This document shows positions 1-13,817 of a stretch of DNA of 64,000 bases, one piece after another (the stretch's first letter is position 1; each line of letters opens with the position of its first letter). The notes beneath the pieces were generated by a model, which worked only from the letters and a program-made list of their open reading frames with translations, was not told the DNA's origin and did not search any database. Source of the stretch: Okamejei kenojei. Lineage: Eukaryota. The stretch is from contig CM069166.1 in the NCBI GenBank assembly GCA_035221665.1, positions 1,488,001-1,552,000 on the forward strand. Direction: 5' to 3'. Both the position numbers and the translations under genes were made by a program.

Positions 1-52
1 CTGGAGAGAAGGAATGGGTGACGTTTCGGGTCGAGACCCTTCTTCAGACTGA
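1..52 (-). mobile_element. Penelope-like element (PLE) terminal-repeat fragment carrying a hammerhead motif, cut by the window edge
   Basis: Reverse complement of the recurrent ctgaagaagggtctcgacccgaaacgtcacccattccttctctccag repeat. The same repeat follows a GIY-YIG C-terminal remnant at 56850-57553. Confidence 0.75.
20..47 (-). ncRNA. Minimal type I hammerhead ribozyme core (intact consensus)
   Basis: Minus strand reads CUGAAGA-A-GGGU(CUCG)ACCC-GAAA-CG-UC: CUGANGA and GAAA boxes, stem II, palindromic ACGU stem III and a GUC cleavage triplet. Confidence 0.65.
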
Positions 53-564
53 CCTTCGTCAGAAGATTACAATCATCTCCTTCGTCCTATTTTAAAGGTG
101 CATTCCAAATTATCTGTACAAATACATATTACAAGAGAGAGGTTCTTTATGCTGAAGCTCTCCAAAAATTGATACCTTATTTTTGTTTTGGCAATGAGTA
201 ATTTTAGTAACAACATGGTTGCTGATGCCCTGCAGACTTTTTTATTCTATTTCTCATGTACGTAACTTGACCATTTTCAATGTTCTCCTATAGTTCTGGC
301 AATTAACCTTTGGACTATTCCACAAGTAACGCAGGACCGTTTAAAGCTTAAAGAAGTGAATACACAGAATATTTGTAAAAACCCAACCAGAAGCTGAACG
401 TTCAATATACGAGTTCTAGAAAATCAATTAAAAAAAGTTTATGATAATCTGAATCCGTTATTAGGTGCCAGATTAATTCCCCTAGCAGCCCCCTCTACTT
501 GAATCTAGCCAGATATTTCACAGTACTTAGGGAGTATATAATCCGGTATTTCATCTTATTTTTA

Positions 565-740
565 ACATGCTGTAAAAAGCAAGATGTCACTGTTTCATTT
601 GTGTATAAGTTGCGATCTTTCCAGCTTAATGGCATCGCTCCTGTAGCAGGGTGACCAAAACTGAAACTCGACAACATCTTGTACAATCTTAACATAAGAT
701 CCAATCTTTGATGTGCTTCTTTGACAACCTGCACTTATGC
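565..740 (-). mobile_element. Degenerate CR1 LINE RT fragment
   Basis: Resembles the reverse complement of the CR1 ORF2 C-terminal region seen intact at 46817-47431 (translation has MLRLYKML and F..HPAT-like remnants). Confidence 0.4.
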
Positions 741-1489
741 TTTGTTCAACAGTGCCAGAACTGATGACCCAATTGGAGCGGCTTCTGGGAGCTTGCTAGG
801 CACAAGTTAGCTGCACCATTTCATTCACTACTGAAGAGGAAGCTGCCCGCCCAAACACAAATAGATTGTGTGGTAACTGAGACTTGCCCACATAAAAGAA
901 AGTATGCAATTCAAAATAATTGAATATATCATGTTCCTAGGGCCAACTCGAGAGTCATTATCACATTGTAAGTACAAATTATTTTTTCTTTGTTAACATC
1001 TTGGAGCAGCACAACTAGATGATAGAAAATAGAATTCTAGTGGAATGCAGCAGAGGATTAGAGCCACTAACAGCAAATAATGGCTTCAATGTTAGAAGGC
1101 AAAAACACCGCATTTCTGTATTCAGACAATGCGCACTGTATCACTCAACAGGAACATTCAACAAACTGACAAGTCAACAGGGAAGGTACCAGTGTGGGAG
1201 GGATAACATTATTTATTAAAATGATGATACCAGCAGAGGATATAACTGATAAGACAGACCCAAACAGGTTGGAGCTCTTCTAAATAGAAAAAAGGAAAAC
1301 AGTGGGATTTAAATTTATAAACTGTTTTGCTCATAAATATGGAGAGAATATACGATTCCACATGGGAAAATCCAAAATTAAGTGTTTGAAGTACAAGACA
1401 GTCAATACTAAATCTAAAGTGGAATTTGGAAAAACATCACGCTCGTTGATGTAGACCTTGCAAGCATGTGTGACTGATCTGAAAAGCAC

Positions 1490-1617
1490 AGATGAATTGG
1501 ACAGGCACATGGATAGGAAAGGTTTAGTGGGATATGCAGGCAGGTGGAACTAGTGTAGGTGGGGCATCTTGACTGGCATGGTAAGTTGGGACTCAGGGCC
1601 TCTTTCTGTGCTGTATC
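1490..1617 (+). mobile_element. CR1-type LINE 3' end fragment
   Basis: ggacaggcacatggataggaaaggtttag...gggcct..ttctgtgctgtat. Related copies at ~18005-18160, ~29660-29808, ~35765-35900 and (minus) ~5805-5970. Confidence 0.55.
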
Positions 1618-2503
1618 TTCAGGTAAAGTCAAAGAATGCGAGTGATAAAGGAATAGAAAACCATTTTGACGAGAGGATACATAAAGACTGAAAGAGAAGG
1701 TCCACTTGCAGCATAACTGCCAATATAGACCAGGTTCAGTGGATTGTTTATTTCTGTGCTGTAAGATATGTTGCCATGCTTGGACTAGTTACTGTTAGCT
1801 TAGTCTCTATCATTTCACGACTCTTTCCCAGAATCACTTTCTGTGGTCTTCCCATGATGGTACTCAACTGATAGAGAAGACTCTGCTGGGAGTCTCAGTC
1901 CGAAGAAGGATCACGACCCGAATTGTTACCTATTTCTTTTCTCCAGAAAGGCACAAATTGGCTTGGCTGTTCAAATGATGCCGCTTATGGGTAGGTGATG
2001 TTTTGGGTCGGGACACCTCTTCAAATTCCATATGTGCAGCTTAGTAAATGCCATCAGAGACTGTGGATTGTAAATAGTGAGTCAGTATTGCTGCCCTCAA
2101 TGCTGGGTGGCTAAAATGTATCATGAACTGACTTTCAATATTGTTAAACCCCATTGGAAACACTACTCTCTTCAGGCAACTACTTTGAGACCCAAAATAG
2201 ATTATTCTGAATTGAGAGGTGAGCAATCTCCAAAAAGACCATGAGTTCACCAGGTTCAATTGAAGTGACCAGATAAACAGGTAAGGTTTTAAGAATCATG
2301 AAAATAACAGTGACCTTGGCACAAACAAGCCTTGCCTGGAATTCATAACTTCTCCCTGCAGAGAAGAACTTTTTTTTTTGGAAGCACAATGATACGGGCT
2401 GAGCAGGCAATTCCTCGCAGGGCAGCTCAAAGCCACTGTTCCTTGAAATGCTCTGATTTTTCCTTGTTTTAAAGCACTTTAACAATGATCAAAATTGAAA
2501 CTG

Positions 2504-2780
2504 CAGGTACTGCAGATTCTGGTTTACACCGAAGATAGACACAAAATGCTGGAGTTACTTAACGGGACAGGCAGCATCTCCCCTCAGCTAACAATGTTCC
2601 ATTCTACGTGTTCCTTGATTATTGTCCCATTTGATCTATGTCTTCACACCCTACTCTTTACATATCTCCCTCTCCTCTGACTCTGTCTGAAGAAGGGTCT
2701 CGACCCGTAACCATACCTTCTCTACAGAGATGCTGCCTGTCCTGCTCAGTTACTTCAGCATTTTGTGTCTATCTTCAGTG
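2504..2780 (+). mobile_element. Non-autonomous PLE derivative with inverted ends, decayed hammerhead and 15-bp TSD
   Basis: Flanked by the direct repeat tcaaaattgaaactg at 2489-2503 and 2781-2795. Contains ctgaagaagggtctcgacccgtaa near 2687 (GAAA box mutated). Confidence 0.7.
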
Positions 2781-3532
2781 TCAAAATTGAAACTGTTGTT
2801 TCATCAACCATGCTGCATTTCGTAATTCCTCCGAGTTAGTAACTGAAAGTTATACACAATTCTCCAAAACTGAGGATGTATCTATATTAAAAGTTAATGA
2901 AGTATTGGATTTTGGAAAACAGGGACAGAATGCGAAGTACAGAATAATACATTCACACACAACACTTATTTGAAGTAGGTTAGATTTCCATGATCAAGAA
3001 CAAAACAATGATGATGGATTATTAATTGTCAAAAAGGGAACAAAAAGAGAATGCAAACATGTTATAAAGATCAAAAATAAAGTCAATCTGAAATGAAAAC
3101 AAAAATTGTTGGGAATATTCAGCAGAACAGACTGCAAAGTGAGAAAGAGTTAATGTTTTCGGTCGATGACCCTTTCCTCAGATACATACTTGCATGGAGT
3201 TCTTAGACCACAGAATGCTTTCTCACAGGCAGCAGTTCAGGTCAACAGTATTGCACTGCATTCTTTCCCAGAGTGAATTAGAAAAATATCCGAACCAGTG
3301 GTCGGGGAATGCAAAAGAAAGCATTTGGAAAATATATTAAAAATCACTGAGTCAAGAGTGAAGATTGTTTAATTGAAATATGTACTGGGACCGGACCAAT
3401 TACATTTTGACTTGCTGTAGCTTTACAGCCACGTTAAATGAAATAACACGATAAATATAGATTGTGGTTATGATCTGGATATCACTATCTATAAGAGTTG
3501 TAGAAATGGAATGGGTGTTAATTAGGGTTTTC

Positions 3533-3660
3533 AATAGACAATAGACAATAGGTACAGCAGTAGGCAATTCGGCCCTTCGAGCCAGCACCGCAATTCAATG
3601 TGATCATGGCTATCATCCCCAATCAGTACCCCGTTCCTGCCTTCTCTCTATATCCCCTGA
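3533..3660 (-). mobile_element. CR1 (HER1-like) LINE 3' UTR fragment
   Basis: (caataga)n tail followed by ggtacagcagtaggcaattcggcccttcgagccagcaccg, the reverse complement of the CR1 3' end at 55897-56106. Confidence 0.75.
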
Positions 3661-6424
3661 ATATCTTTAAGAGATTTCAAAAAGGAACTAGCAAGGTATA
3701 GAGAAAGATCTGTGGAAGTGGGAATTTATTCCAATTATCCTATATCTCTACCGTATGACTGGCTTGATTGTCATCATCTATAGTCTTAACACTGAAAGCA
3801 TGCAGCAAAAAATCTTTTCACTGTACCTCTGTACACATGACAATAAACTAAGATAAACAAAGAAATAATCCTGCACAGGTTTGCTGTTTCCTGTACCATA
3901 AACAATAATAAGCACGCTACAAAAAAAGCTTTTCACCATACCTCAGTTCATACGACATTAAATTAAACCTAACTAGTTTAATCACAGATGAAAAGCAAGC
4001 TATAATGTGCTTTAGTAAGAGCTCAGTATGTAGGTTTACAAAGTCAGCCATCTTGTGACAAAAGGCTTTAAAGAATATGATTACTGGAATATGTCTAGAA
4101 GCATTAATTTCTAACTTTGCACTTCTACTTTTATCTACTACACATGTAACTTATATTGTCCATCTTCTTAGTAAATCCAGTTGAACAATTTTAATCTTCA
4201 CCGGTGTAACTTTCCAAGCACAGTCTTGTATGACACCAGTGTCTTCACTGCGACTGCCTCTGATGTAGAGCCACTGCTTAGGGTCACAGCTTGGATGTGA
4301 TTAGGAGGCAAGCAGAAGATGGAGATTAATTTATATAGTGGCTGAACTGGAGCACAGTGCTCCTGGGTCCAGTGTTCATTGGTTGGTGCTGCCTTCCTGC
4401 ATTTCTCTCTGAGTTGTCATGCATTGAAGATCATGTCCACTGTGTCACCAGATGGACATAATTCACACTGCAGTTTGTGGAACAGCAGGGAGGAGAGAAC
4501 CTAGTTATCCTGTCCTCTGCTACATTTGCTAAGATGGTTGCATTTACTGGATATTTTTGATCCCTTGGTATGTACTCTTATTCCCAGATGTGGGCAATGA
4601 AATTGTGGAATCACATTTCACCGCCTACTATTAGAACTTCTGTGCTAATCACAAGGCCTCCTGACAATGTGGTGTTCTTTAATTGAGATACAGCCTTGGA
4701 ACATTTTGTTAGGAGTGGTAGCAAGGAATTTACTGCACGCTGTACCAATGTCTAAGGCATCCATGAAGCACTGTGCTATTTGTCTGAAGGTGGTCTTGTC
4801 TTTCAAGCAGGGAGTGGAATAGCAGGGATCCTTTACTTGCATGTCAAGGCTTCTTCAGGTCTCTAAGGAAAAATATTCTGTGAAATACAAGGATAATTCC
4901 GCAAAAATAGTTATGCTAATAAAACTTACTTAAAGTGGTAGGAGAACAGGAAATAATTTCTGAATTCTTAACTTCAATATCCTGAAGTCTACTTATGTAG
5001 TAGTTGCACACAGGGTGCATTTCAGGGACAGCTATTAACGCTGTGAGCTTTAATGGGCAGATGTCGTGAAAATAATTGAAGTTATCCAAAATATCTCTGT
5101 TTCTACCTCTAATCCTTTTCAAAAGCACCAAAACATCTTGCTTTAATCAAATGTTGGTCTTCCATGTAAGTAATTCATCTGACTCAGTGCTAAATTTTGT
5201 TTTACACTGTTCTAAAATGCCTTGTGCCTTTTTACTGCATTTATTGAAACTATCTAGTGCAACCCATTTGATGAAATGACACAAGGTACTTGACAAAAGG
5301 AGCGTCGGAGAAATCCTGGAGAATTACTCCTTCGAGGGAGAGACACAAAATATCGCTTCTTTCTACATCAAGATGCCATTCCCAGTACAAACACAATTAA
5401 TGGATCAATTCAAACAGGAGTTTCACATGCACAATCCTGTGACATTTCACACACCACTGCAGATGCAGTAATTGTAGGGCTCAAATTTATAAATTTGGAG
5501 AGCAACCTCTGTATCCTGTACTTTTGAAATGAGGCTTTTTCTACGTAAGCCTCTCGTCAATGATAATCTCTGAATGAGCCCTAAATTCAGAAAACAGCGT
5601 CATGTCCACATTGACAGCTGGACTGATAATTCCGTCAAACTGTGGCAACAGTCAGCAGATAATTTGGGAACATTAAAGGATTGATTTCTGGATTACTTTA
5701 CATGCTGCATCAGACCAACATGCGTGGGATTCTATGGTAAAGCTCAATGTTGCTTGCATGCAAGCTCACATTATATCCAAAGTGAATCTCTCACTAGTCA
5801 TAGAGTCTTACAATGTGGAAACTTCAGCCCAACTTGCCCACACCAGCCAACATGTCCCATCTAGTCCCACCTGCCTGCATTTAGCCCATATCCCTCCAAA
5901 CCTGACATATCCATGTACCTGTCCGAATGTTTCTTAAACGTTGCGATGGTACCTGCCTCATTCTACTCCTCTTACTTATGAGTGTATGATATTCCAGAGC
6001 TTCAGCTTCACAGCTGAAGGCACAGCTACCAATGGCAAAACAGTTAAAATCGGAGAAACACAGATTATCTTGAAGACTTCTGGTACTATAGATTGCAGAG
6101 ACAAGGAGGTGTGAAGCCACCTGAAAAGAGAGATTGGGTGTTTTGAAACAAAGTCACTGTTGAATCAGACATCAACACAGTTCAAACAAAATCACTGTGG
6201 TTCTAGGTACCAATGAAATGAAAGCTAAACTGAACTTGGTCAGGGATAAGGTCCAAACAGCAGAAATCTGGTGACATTAGCCTTACAGAGGGAAGAAACA
6301 AGGGAACCATTAGGATTGCGTTGAAATAATCCAGGCAAAAAGCATGCTGGCAAATCAAGCATTCACTGGATCTATCCCTCAAAATGTTACACCACTGCTC
6401 CACCCCAAAACAATTCTCTCTCCC

Positions 6425-6495
6425 ACACACACAGAAAAGCACACATGCACACACACATATAGATGCACGCGCACATGCGGGCACACACACACACA
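6425..6495. repeat. Degenerate (CA)n microsatellite
   Basis: Interrupted cacacaca runs. Confidence 0.8.
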
Positions 6496-6554
6496 TCTTT
6501 ATGGTTTTGTTTTCAGCTTGGTGCTGCTGCTGAGAAGGTGTGGGATTCACTCAC

Positions 6555-6579
6555 ACCCAACCTCCGTACGATAAGCCAT
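6555..6579 (-). CDS. Candidate alternative first coding exon (MAYRTEVG + 1 nt, phase 1) of the minus-strand gene
   Basis: Minus strand cagATGGCTTATCGTACGGAGGTTGGGT|gtgagtg: ATG with +4 G, consensus donor, same phase as the other candidate exons, non-repeat context. Confidence 0.35.
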
Positions 6580-6901
6580 CTGTTAGCACTTGTTTAGTAT
6601 TACAGTTCACAGAATAAATCCAAATGATGCTCCTCCAAGAAAATCCTCCACACTGCAGATTGGATTATATAATCATTCTTCTAACTGTCATACCATCAGA
6701 TAAAGGTCCTATACAGAAGCCTCAGAAAAACAATTTACTGAGTAACAGAAAGAAAAAAGGCAATGATAGGATAGATTCAAAGAGATTTCCAAAGGTTAAG
6801 GAACAAAAATGTAATTTTAGAGGCATTTTTAAAGTACAGAGAATGGTACTTTGAAGGGTGAGGTTGTGGTGGAGTTTTGGAGATGAGATTGTATGTAACT
6901 T

Positions 6902-7120
6902 AGGTAGACAAAAATACTGGAGAAACTCAGCATGTGAGGTAGCATCTATGGAGCGAAGGAATAGGTGACGTTTCGGGTCGAGACCTATCTTCTGAAGGAG
7001 GGTCTCGACCCGAAACATCACCTATTGCTTCGCTCTATAGATGCTGCTTCACCCACTGAGTTTCTCCAGCATTTTTGTCTACCTTCGATTTTTCCAGCAT
7101 CTGCAGTTCTTTCTAAAACA
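6902..7120. mobile_element. Fold-back PLE-derived element with two inverted hammerhead-bearing arms
   Basis: Arms ~6902-6985 and ~7001-7084 are near reverse complements (aggtagacaaaaatactggagaaactcagc.../...gagtttctccagcatttttgtctacct). Confidence 0.75.
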
Positions 7121-7711
7121 TTGTAAGTAGCTTAGTTTATTGGGCCCTGTACTGTGGGGACAGCAATGACCCATTAAGGAATGCAGGAAAAGTTATTTTT
7201 CTTAATTCAGTTTTGTGGTCTAGGTCATGTGATAGGAGCAGAATTAGGTCATTTGGCCCATCATTTACTCTGCCATTCAATCATGGTTGATCTATCTCTC
7301 CCTCCTAACCTCACTCTCCTGCCTTTTCCCCATAACGCCCGATACCCGTACTAATAAAGAATCTATCTATCTCAGTCTAGGCGGGGAAGATTGGAAGTGG
7401 CAAAGGAAAATTAGAGGAAATATAACAAACAAATGGGAGTATTGGTGGACTAGGGGTTGGGCACGGGGTAGAGGAGGGAAGAGTTGCAGTGGATGGTGGT
7501 AGGAGGATTGAAATTGCAAACTGAGGATTAAAAATCTAAAATAACACATGGCAAGTACTCGATATGGATCAACTAAGCCTGAGGAGATATGTCAGTACAT
7601 TGACTGCACAAAGATAGGAAGAACAGCATTGGAATCTGTGAATGTGGAGGTAACAACAGATCAAGTGGTAGATTTTATCGAGAAAGCGACAATGATGGAT
7701 TCCGTCTTTTT

Positions 7712-8192
7712 TTTTAGTTCGTTTAGTTTAGAGGTACAGCGCGGAAACAGGCCCTTCAGCCCACCGTGTCTGCGCGGACCAGTGATCGCCGCACATTAAC
7801 ACTTCCCTTAAGTGTAAGATTGCAACCTTCACCTGGTCCGCCCTGTTTCGACGAATGCAATCAACCTGGCGTGCACAATCAAATAAGATCAATCAAATGT
7901 AATGCACAATCAAATAAGATCAAATAGAACAAGTTGTCCTACAACTTTAGGCTGTGCACGAAGAAGAACACTATCCTACACACACTAGGGACAATTTACC
8001 AATTAACCTACAAACCTGTACGTCTTTGGAGTGTGGGAGGAAACTGAAGATCTCGGAGAAAGCCTGTGCAGGTCACGGGGAGAATGTACAAACTCCGTAC
8101 AGACAGCACCCGTAGTCGGGATGGAACCCGGGTCTCCAGTGCTGCATTCGCTGTAAGGCAGCAACACTACCACTGTGCCACTGTGACCGCCC
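7712..8192 (-). mobile_element. HE1/V-SINE-like tRNA-derived SINE, interrupted by the ribozyme element
   Basis: Minus strand has a tRNA-like head with B-box-like gggttccatcc, the V-SINE-like core tgtacggagtttgtacattctccccgtg, and a CR1-type tail with (ctaaa)n. Confidence 0.8.
7804..7966 (+). mobile_element. HDV-like-ribozyme short retroelement, copy A (P1 5' strand missing, internal duplication)
   Basis: gattgcaaccttcacctggtccgccctgtttcgacgaatgcaatc...gctgtgcacgaagaag. TSD aacact at 7798-7803 and 7967-7972. Confidence 0.85.
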
Positions 8193-8445
8193 TTCATAAA
8201 GTTTGTTGAGAATGTCAAGGTGATGATATAACATGCCTGAATCTGTGGGTTGAGAAACATTTGAGTGCATACAAAGCTGTCATTTTTCTGGTTGCTGAAT
8301 CAGCATTAAGAGCTAGATCATTTGGGCAGAAACTAGGAAGCAATTTTGTTTTACAGTAGATGTAATGAAGATTCAGGAACACTGCCCATCAAGGGAATTA
8401 GAACTTTCCAACACTACAATCAAATGCTTCGATCTTATCTTTAGG

Positions 8446-8653
8446 GTGGCACGGTAGCACAGTGGTGGAGTTGCTGCTTTTCAGTGCTTGCAGCGTGGGT
8501 TTTCTCCGAGATCTTTGGATTCCTCCCACACTCCAAAGACGTACAGGTATGTAGGTAAATTGGCTTGGTAAATGTAAAAATTGTGGGGATCGCTGGTGGG
8601 CGCGGACACAGTGGGCCGAAGGGCTTGTTTCCATGCTGTATCTCTAAACTAAA
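8446..8653 (+). mobile_element. HE1-like SINE with internal deletion
   Basis: gtggcacggtagcacagtggtggagttgctgc head and gtgggccgaagggcttgtttccatgctgtatctctaaactaaa tail. Confidence 0.75.
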
Positions 8654-10908
8654 ATGAGATTATCAAGGAATACAGATCAAGAACAACCATCCATGATTTA
8701 ACTAAAAGGCGGAGAAGGGTTTATGGGATGAATGTCCCTTAACTTTTCCTATTCCTATATTGTACTCTTTGAGTTTCAGGGCTAAGATCCAAGATGCATC
8801 AATCCCCATCATGGTTTTGGAAGCGGTTAAGAATAAGAGACTCAAATAGTGAATCATCATAGGCAGACACAATTATTTTTACAATTCCAATAGTCCTCAG
8901 CTTCTCAATTTTGTTCGTATTTCTACATTGTAAATCTGGACACATGTCTTTTTTTACGAGACAAATTGGCTAACGGATTCTAAGGTTTTTCAATGCAAGA
9001 TAATCAAGCCTGGATGTAAAGAAGGCAATTATCTTCTACTTTCAATAATTCCTATCAATTAAGTACCTTAGCAAGACTAGAACCATCTTATGCAGAGAAT
9101 CATTGTGTGATACTGAAGACGGATATAGTGGGTATCAATCATGAGGAAGCAATGTGGCATCACACTGTAGTATATCCCACCAGCAGCAGATTATCCTGTA
9201 AGCCTTTCACGAACAGACTGCACTATACCATGGCCACTGCTGATAAGGTCTTCTCTATGGAAGACAACAAATATTTCCACAACCACAGGAAGACTTTCAA
9301 GCCTTGGGATCAGAAATGTACGAATGAACAGGTTAACTTTTCAAATGATCCACTAAACTCAGTCAGACCACATCTGCTAAAGTTTGCAGTGGTTTGGTAT
9401 TGGACAAGGCATTTCGAGTGAATACTTATTGATACAAGCTGCACAACCAATCTGCTTAATGAGGATGTTATGTGGCAAGACATCACTACACTCTTTCAGC
9501 CTAGAAATTTGATTGGAAAAATAATACATAAGACATGATTTTGGCATGTTTGAATTCTTGCCCAATGGGAAATTGGATAACACATTTCTTGTCACAATTC
9601 ACATGATGGTGACATCATTTGCCAGTCGCTAGTGTTATCATTAACAAGCAGCGCAGTCATTCATTACTCATTCACATAAAGTGGATCAAAAGCTCACTTC
9701 TTAAGATTTTATAATTCATTTGCATTTCAACAAGAGGTACATTATGCTAAAATTGTTGATGGCTGAGTGACTTAAATTATCTCCCCCCTGGGATGTAATA
9801 TCTGTGCTGAAAATCACCCTTTGTTACTTTTATTCACGATGCCCTGTTGCTGCGAGCTCTTGGTACGTATCAAAGCTTCTCCAAGCCAAATGGAACGGGT
9901 GTGGAGACATCTACAGCCGTGTGGCGTAAGTGGCCTGTTCTGTCGTCTGAAGGAGAGGTGAGGGAACCCAGTAGACTACGTGCCATCATCCCCTCCCACC
10001 CATGTCCTTTGCGATTCCCCTTTCCCATCATATACAGACTGCCCAAAGTCACAGTTTGACGTCATCTCCTTGGCAGCTTGTCAGTATATATCGTGCTGAC
10101 CCATTTTCCAAAGTCAGACAATAGACAATAGGTGCAGGAGTAGGCCATTCGGCCCTTCGAGCCAGCACACAAATGATATTGCTGCTGCTCTCTCAGCTAG
10201 TAGCAGTCTACGCGAGACACCCAGATCTCTTAAAAGGGAGTAAATTATGAAAATAATTTCTTAAACTATACATTTTTTTGACGGGTTCCAAATTAGCAGC
10301 AAAAAGTTAGTAGCAATTCAGTACGCGGAAATTGTATCAAACCATTTTTTATGCAGTTGTTCTTTTACAATGATGCACTCAACTCAACACTCACTGGAAC
10401 CGATTTAAAGGTAAAAAATGAATTATTGAAAGTAAACGATAGAGTAAAATATATTCTAGATACAATCAGTACACTGTATATAATTTATAAAAACAAAGAG
10501 TTTGTACATTACGTTTAAGTTTGCAATGTACTACAAGTTCAGGAAACTTTCACAAACAACCACTTATCATCGACTCCCATTCAGAAAAGAATTTGCATGA
10601 CAACTAGCTTCTCAGTTTTGGTACATTTCAACATTAAGCACTGACACTGATATTGTAGACAGATCAATCATATCAACATGTGATTTTAATTAGGAGTCAG
10701 TCATTCAATGACATGTATCGAGGAGAGATTGACTAGTGCGGTGTCAAAGTTAGAATGTAATTCTAAAGTTATTTCGAAAAGATTCCTTGCATAATTGGTC
10801 TAAAAATTCACTGCTAGCTTGAGTATTTAAAGGCTTGCTTCCTGATGTGGAAAAGGTAAACAATGGCAACTCAGTTGACACACACCACTCAGATAGATAC
10901 TTGCTTAC

Positions 10909-10930
10909 CATTTGAACAGCCTTCAGCCAT
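10909..10930 (-). CDS. Candidate alternative first coding exon (MAEGCSN + 1 nt, phase 1)
   Basis: Minus strand ggcgggATGGCTGAAGGCTGTTCAAATG|gtaagc: strong Kozak (-3 G, +4 G), consensus donor, within ~1.5 kb of unique, repeat-free sequence. Confidence 0.5.
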
Positions 10931-13489
10931 CCCGCCTTCAAGCCTTGTCTTTAAGAATGAATGGTGAAGGATGTGCCCTGTTGTCAGCTCCCGAATCTTG
11001 CCTTGTCGACAGCTCTGCAGCTTGCTCAAAGGCTGAGCTGCAAGAGTTTACTTCACAACAGTGCAAACATTGATTTGTGCACAGCTCCAGCTTGTTTGAG
11101 CTAACCCACTCCACAAAGTCGCACCTGGAAATCAGGCAAATCTAGCCTCAGTCGCAGCAGAATTGACTGAAATCAGCTACTTTAAACTTTCTCAACATAA
11201 GCAAGCCAGAGCATGAACGGAAAAGCTGGTGAACAGTTAATAACACTTCGGCAATTAGCTTTGCGGCATCCCCTCTGAGACTATATCAGGGTCAATGTAA
11301 AGTACTCTCCAAAGACAAGGAGTTGTCACAATGCAGGGCCCCCTGCTTCACCAGTCAATGCAGAGAGGGCAGCACAAATCAGCTCACGTGATATAACCAC
11401 CCAAGGACGTCAACCTTCTACAATCCACAAGCTGTGCTGGATATTCACATGGCAACACTGATAGAGTTACTATATTTACACTGGACTTCCTGGCTCTGTA
11501 CAGCACTGCAGACAGTCTGAAGCAAAAAGGAAGAGCGAGGGTGGTCTTGTAACAGCCAAGTTTGCTAAACCTTGCATTAAAACTGCACTTTTTTTCAGAT
11601 AAAGACTCGCTTCCAAATGAACTTTTCTCAGACACTTGGATTTCATTGTTTCTTCCAATATACAACAGAAAACTTTATATTGTGAGATGCAGAGACAATC
11701 ACCCCCTCCAATGACATGGGGAGTGGGTTTTAGCCCGCAAATGATTGATGGGACAAAGGAGGACCTTTACTCTACATCGATCCATTGCTGCAGCTGATCT
11801 AGAGGTACTGGATGGGACAACATAGAAGGCTTTTCACTAGGTATCTTGTGCTCTTTGTAAACCTGTGTCCATCTAATACTCTGCTGCCGTATCTTAACTC
11901 AAACCAAGTCCTGTTCATGCATATTCTGAGCTACATTCACATCCTTTCACCAAATCCCTTAATAGAACTGCCCTTTTACATCTCTGTGATATACTCTAAT
12001 TCTACAATCTTCTGGGATATCTGTTCTGCTTTTGGCAATGATCCATTTTCACTGCTTCACCAACTGGCTCCATGCTAACTCCTTCCAGTAGTAAAGTCAT
12101 CTATTGAGGCATTCTTATTTGACCAAGCTTTTGATCACCTGCTTAAATATTGTCTTTTGAAGCTCAAGGTCAAATCATTCATGATAACCATTCCTGGGAG
12201 GTTTATTGTTGGAAGCGTTCTATAAATGTAATCCATTGTATTGCATGATCTGCTTGAAAAGGTGATGTGGACATTTTTATATTAATATTGGAAGCAAAAC
12301 ACAAAAGCATTCTTCCTTAGCACTAATATTCTTCACTGAAACCTACTGAAGAACTCCAGAACATATACTGGTAAAATGCTTAGTTCAGCATAAAATATCT
12401 GCCTTTTAGTGGTATATAATTTGAACAATGCAGAATCTGTACAAGGAGCATTCTTCATATAGGTCTAACAGTAAATGCCTGGAATTCCAAGTATCTTTAC
12501 AGACTATAATGTAGAAAGAGCAGCAACTTAATTAAATTCTGGCAGAATGCAGATGTATGACCATGGATAAAGAAGTACTGATCGCGTAACATCGTGGGCA
12601 AGTATTGCACTGGATACAGATGGACTGAAGAAGGAACATTCACAAGTATTGTTCAGCTTAGTAGACCATCAGTATAATGCATCCCACTTTTTTAGGAAAT
12701 TCCAGGCATCTGTATACATCAAGCCAATAAACAAATACTGCATAACTTAGTCTCCTACAACTTTCTCATTCCCCATCTCAAGGACTGTTTTATTGCTCCA
12801 CACAACATATCAGCTAAACCCAATTTTACAGAAACGTGGGAATATATGTCCTTAATTCACGAGTTATCTGTACTTCACCCACTAGCTTTAAACAAACTAG
12901 ATTAAAATGGCGAGCTGGTGTAGCTTTGCCAATAATGACCTTCCACTGTCAACGTTCTATCCATGGTAACATACATTGGCGTGAGTGAAGGACTGATAAA
13001 AGCTGTGAAGAGTTCAGCTATGGAGAATACAAAATTCACGTGCATTGGTTTTCCTGGGTCGAAGGAGCAAGTTCAGGCAGAAATATTGCGAATGCCGACC
13101 AGTCAGTGAGCAGCCAAATGCTACGTGCAGTCGTCGGAATATAACACATTTCTATTCCACTCCTAGGAACATTTAGCACTTTGAAATTGTTTGGCCGACC
13201 ACAACGTTTAGAGGATCAATCACCATTTTCCTGCACTCATCTCAATTTTCTTGAATCCTTTGATATCTAAAAATCTATTGATGTTCTTCTTGAATATATT
13301 CTGCAACTTATCTTCCACAACTATTTGGGGAAGTTAATTCCAAAGATTTGAAGACATTTCTTCTCATCCCAGTTCTGAGGGCCAACCAATTGTTTTATGA
13401 CTGGACCCCCGGTTCTCGATGCCTTGGGCAGGGGAAAATGTCCTTGTGATTTCCTTATTATCCAATGTAAATTCTGCTGTCCTAATCTC

Positions 13490-13817
13490 CAACCGCAGGA
13501 GCTTCGACACGCCCGACCGCGGGGGAAAAGGAGGAAGAAGGTGAAAATTATTCGCTGTCCATCACAGTGGGGAATGTGAAGTCGCCAACTCTGGTCACAT
13601 CACAGTGAAGGAGTGTGTGTGTGGCCCGGACATTGAACTGATGCCTGTGGGTCTCTGCTAATGCTGTGTGCCTTGGGGATTCTCACACACCACTGTGGTG
13701 GCCGTTCATGTTTAATCTTTATGTAGTTTTGTATCTTGTTGCTCTTTTGGTATGACTGTATGGTAACTCAAATTTCTCTGTACCTCGGTACACGTGGCAA
13801 TAAAGGACCATTGAACA
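13490..13817 (+). mobile_element. Short retroposon family with ccatcacagtg/cactgtggtgg stem and Rex1/Babar-like 3' tail
   Basis: Homologous to 50415-50592 and 50950-51290. Ends tttctctgtacctcggtacacgtggcaataaa. Confidence 0.6.

Noticed and set aside
5280-5780. Possible internal exon or Harbinger-like remnant
   Set aside because: No clean splice-bounded open frame. The resemblance to a transposase is too faint to call by eye.
8100-8192. tRNA gene
   Set aside because: The A/B-box-like head belongs to an HE1-type SINE. There is no complete cloverleaf and it runs into the SINE core.
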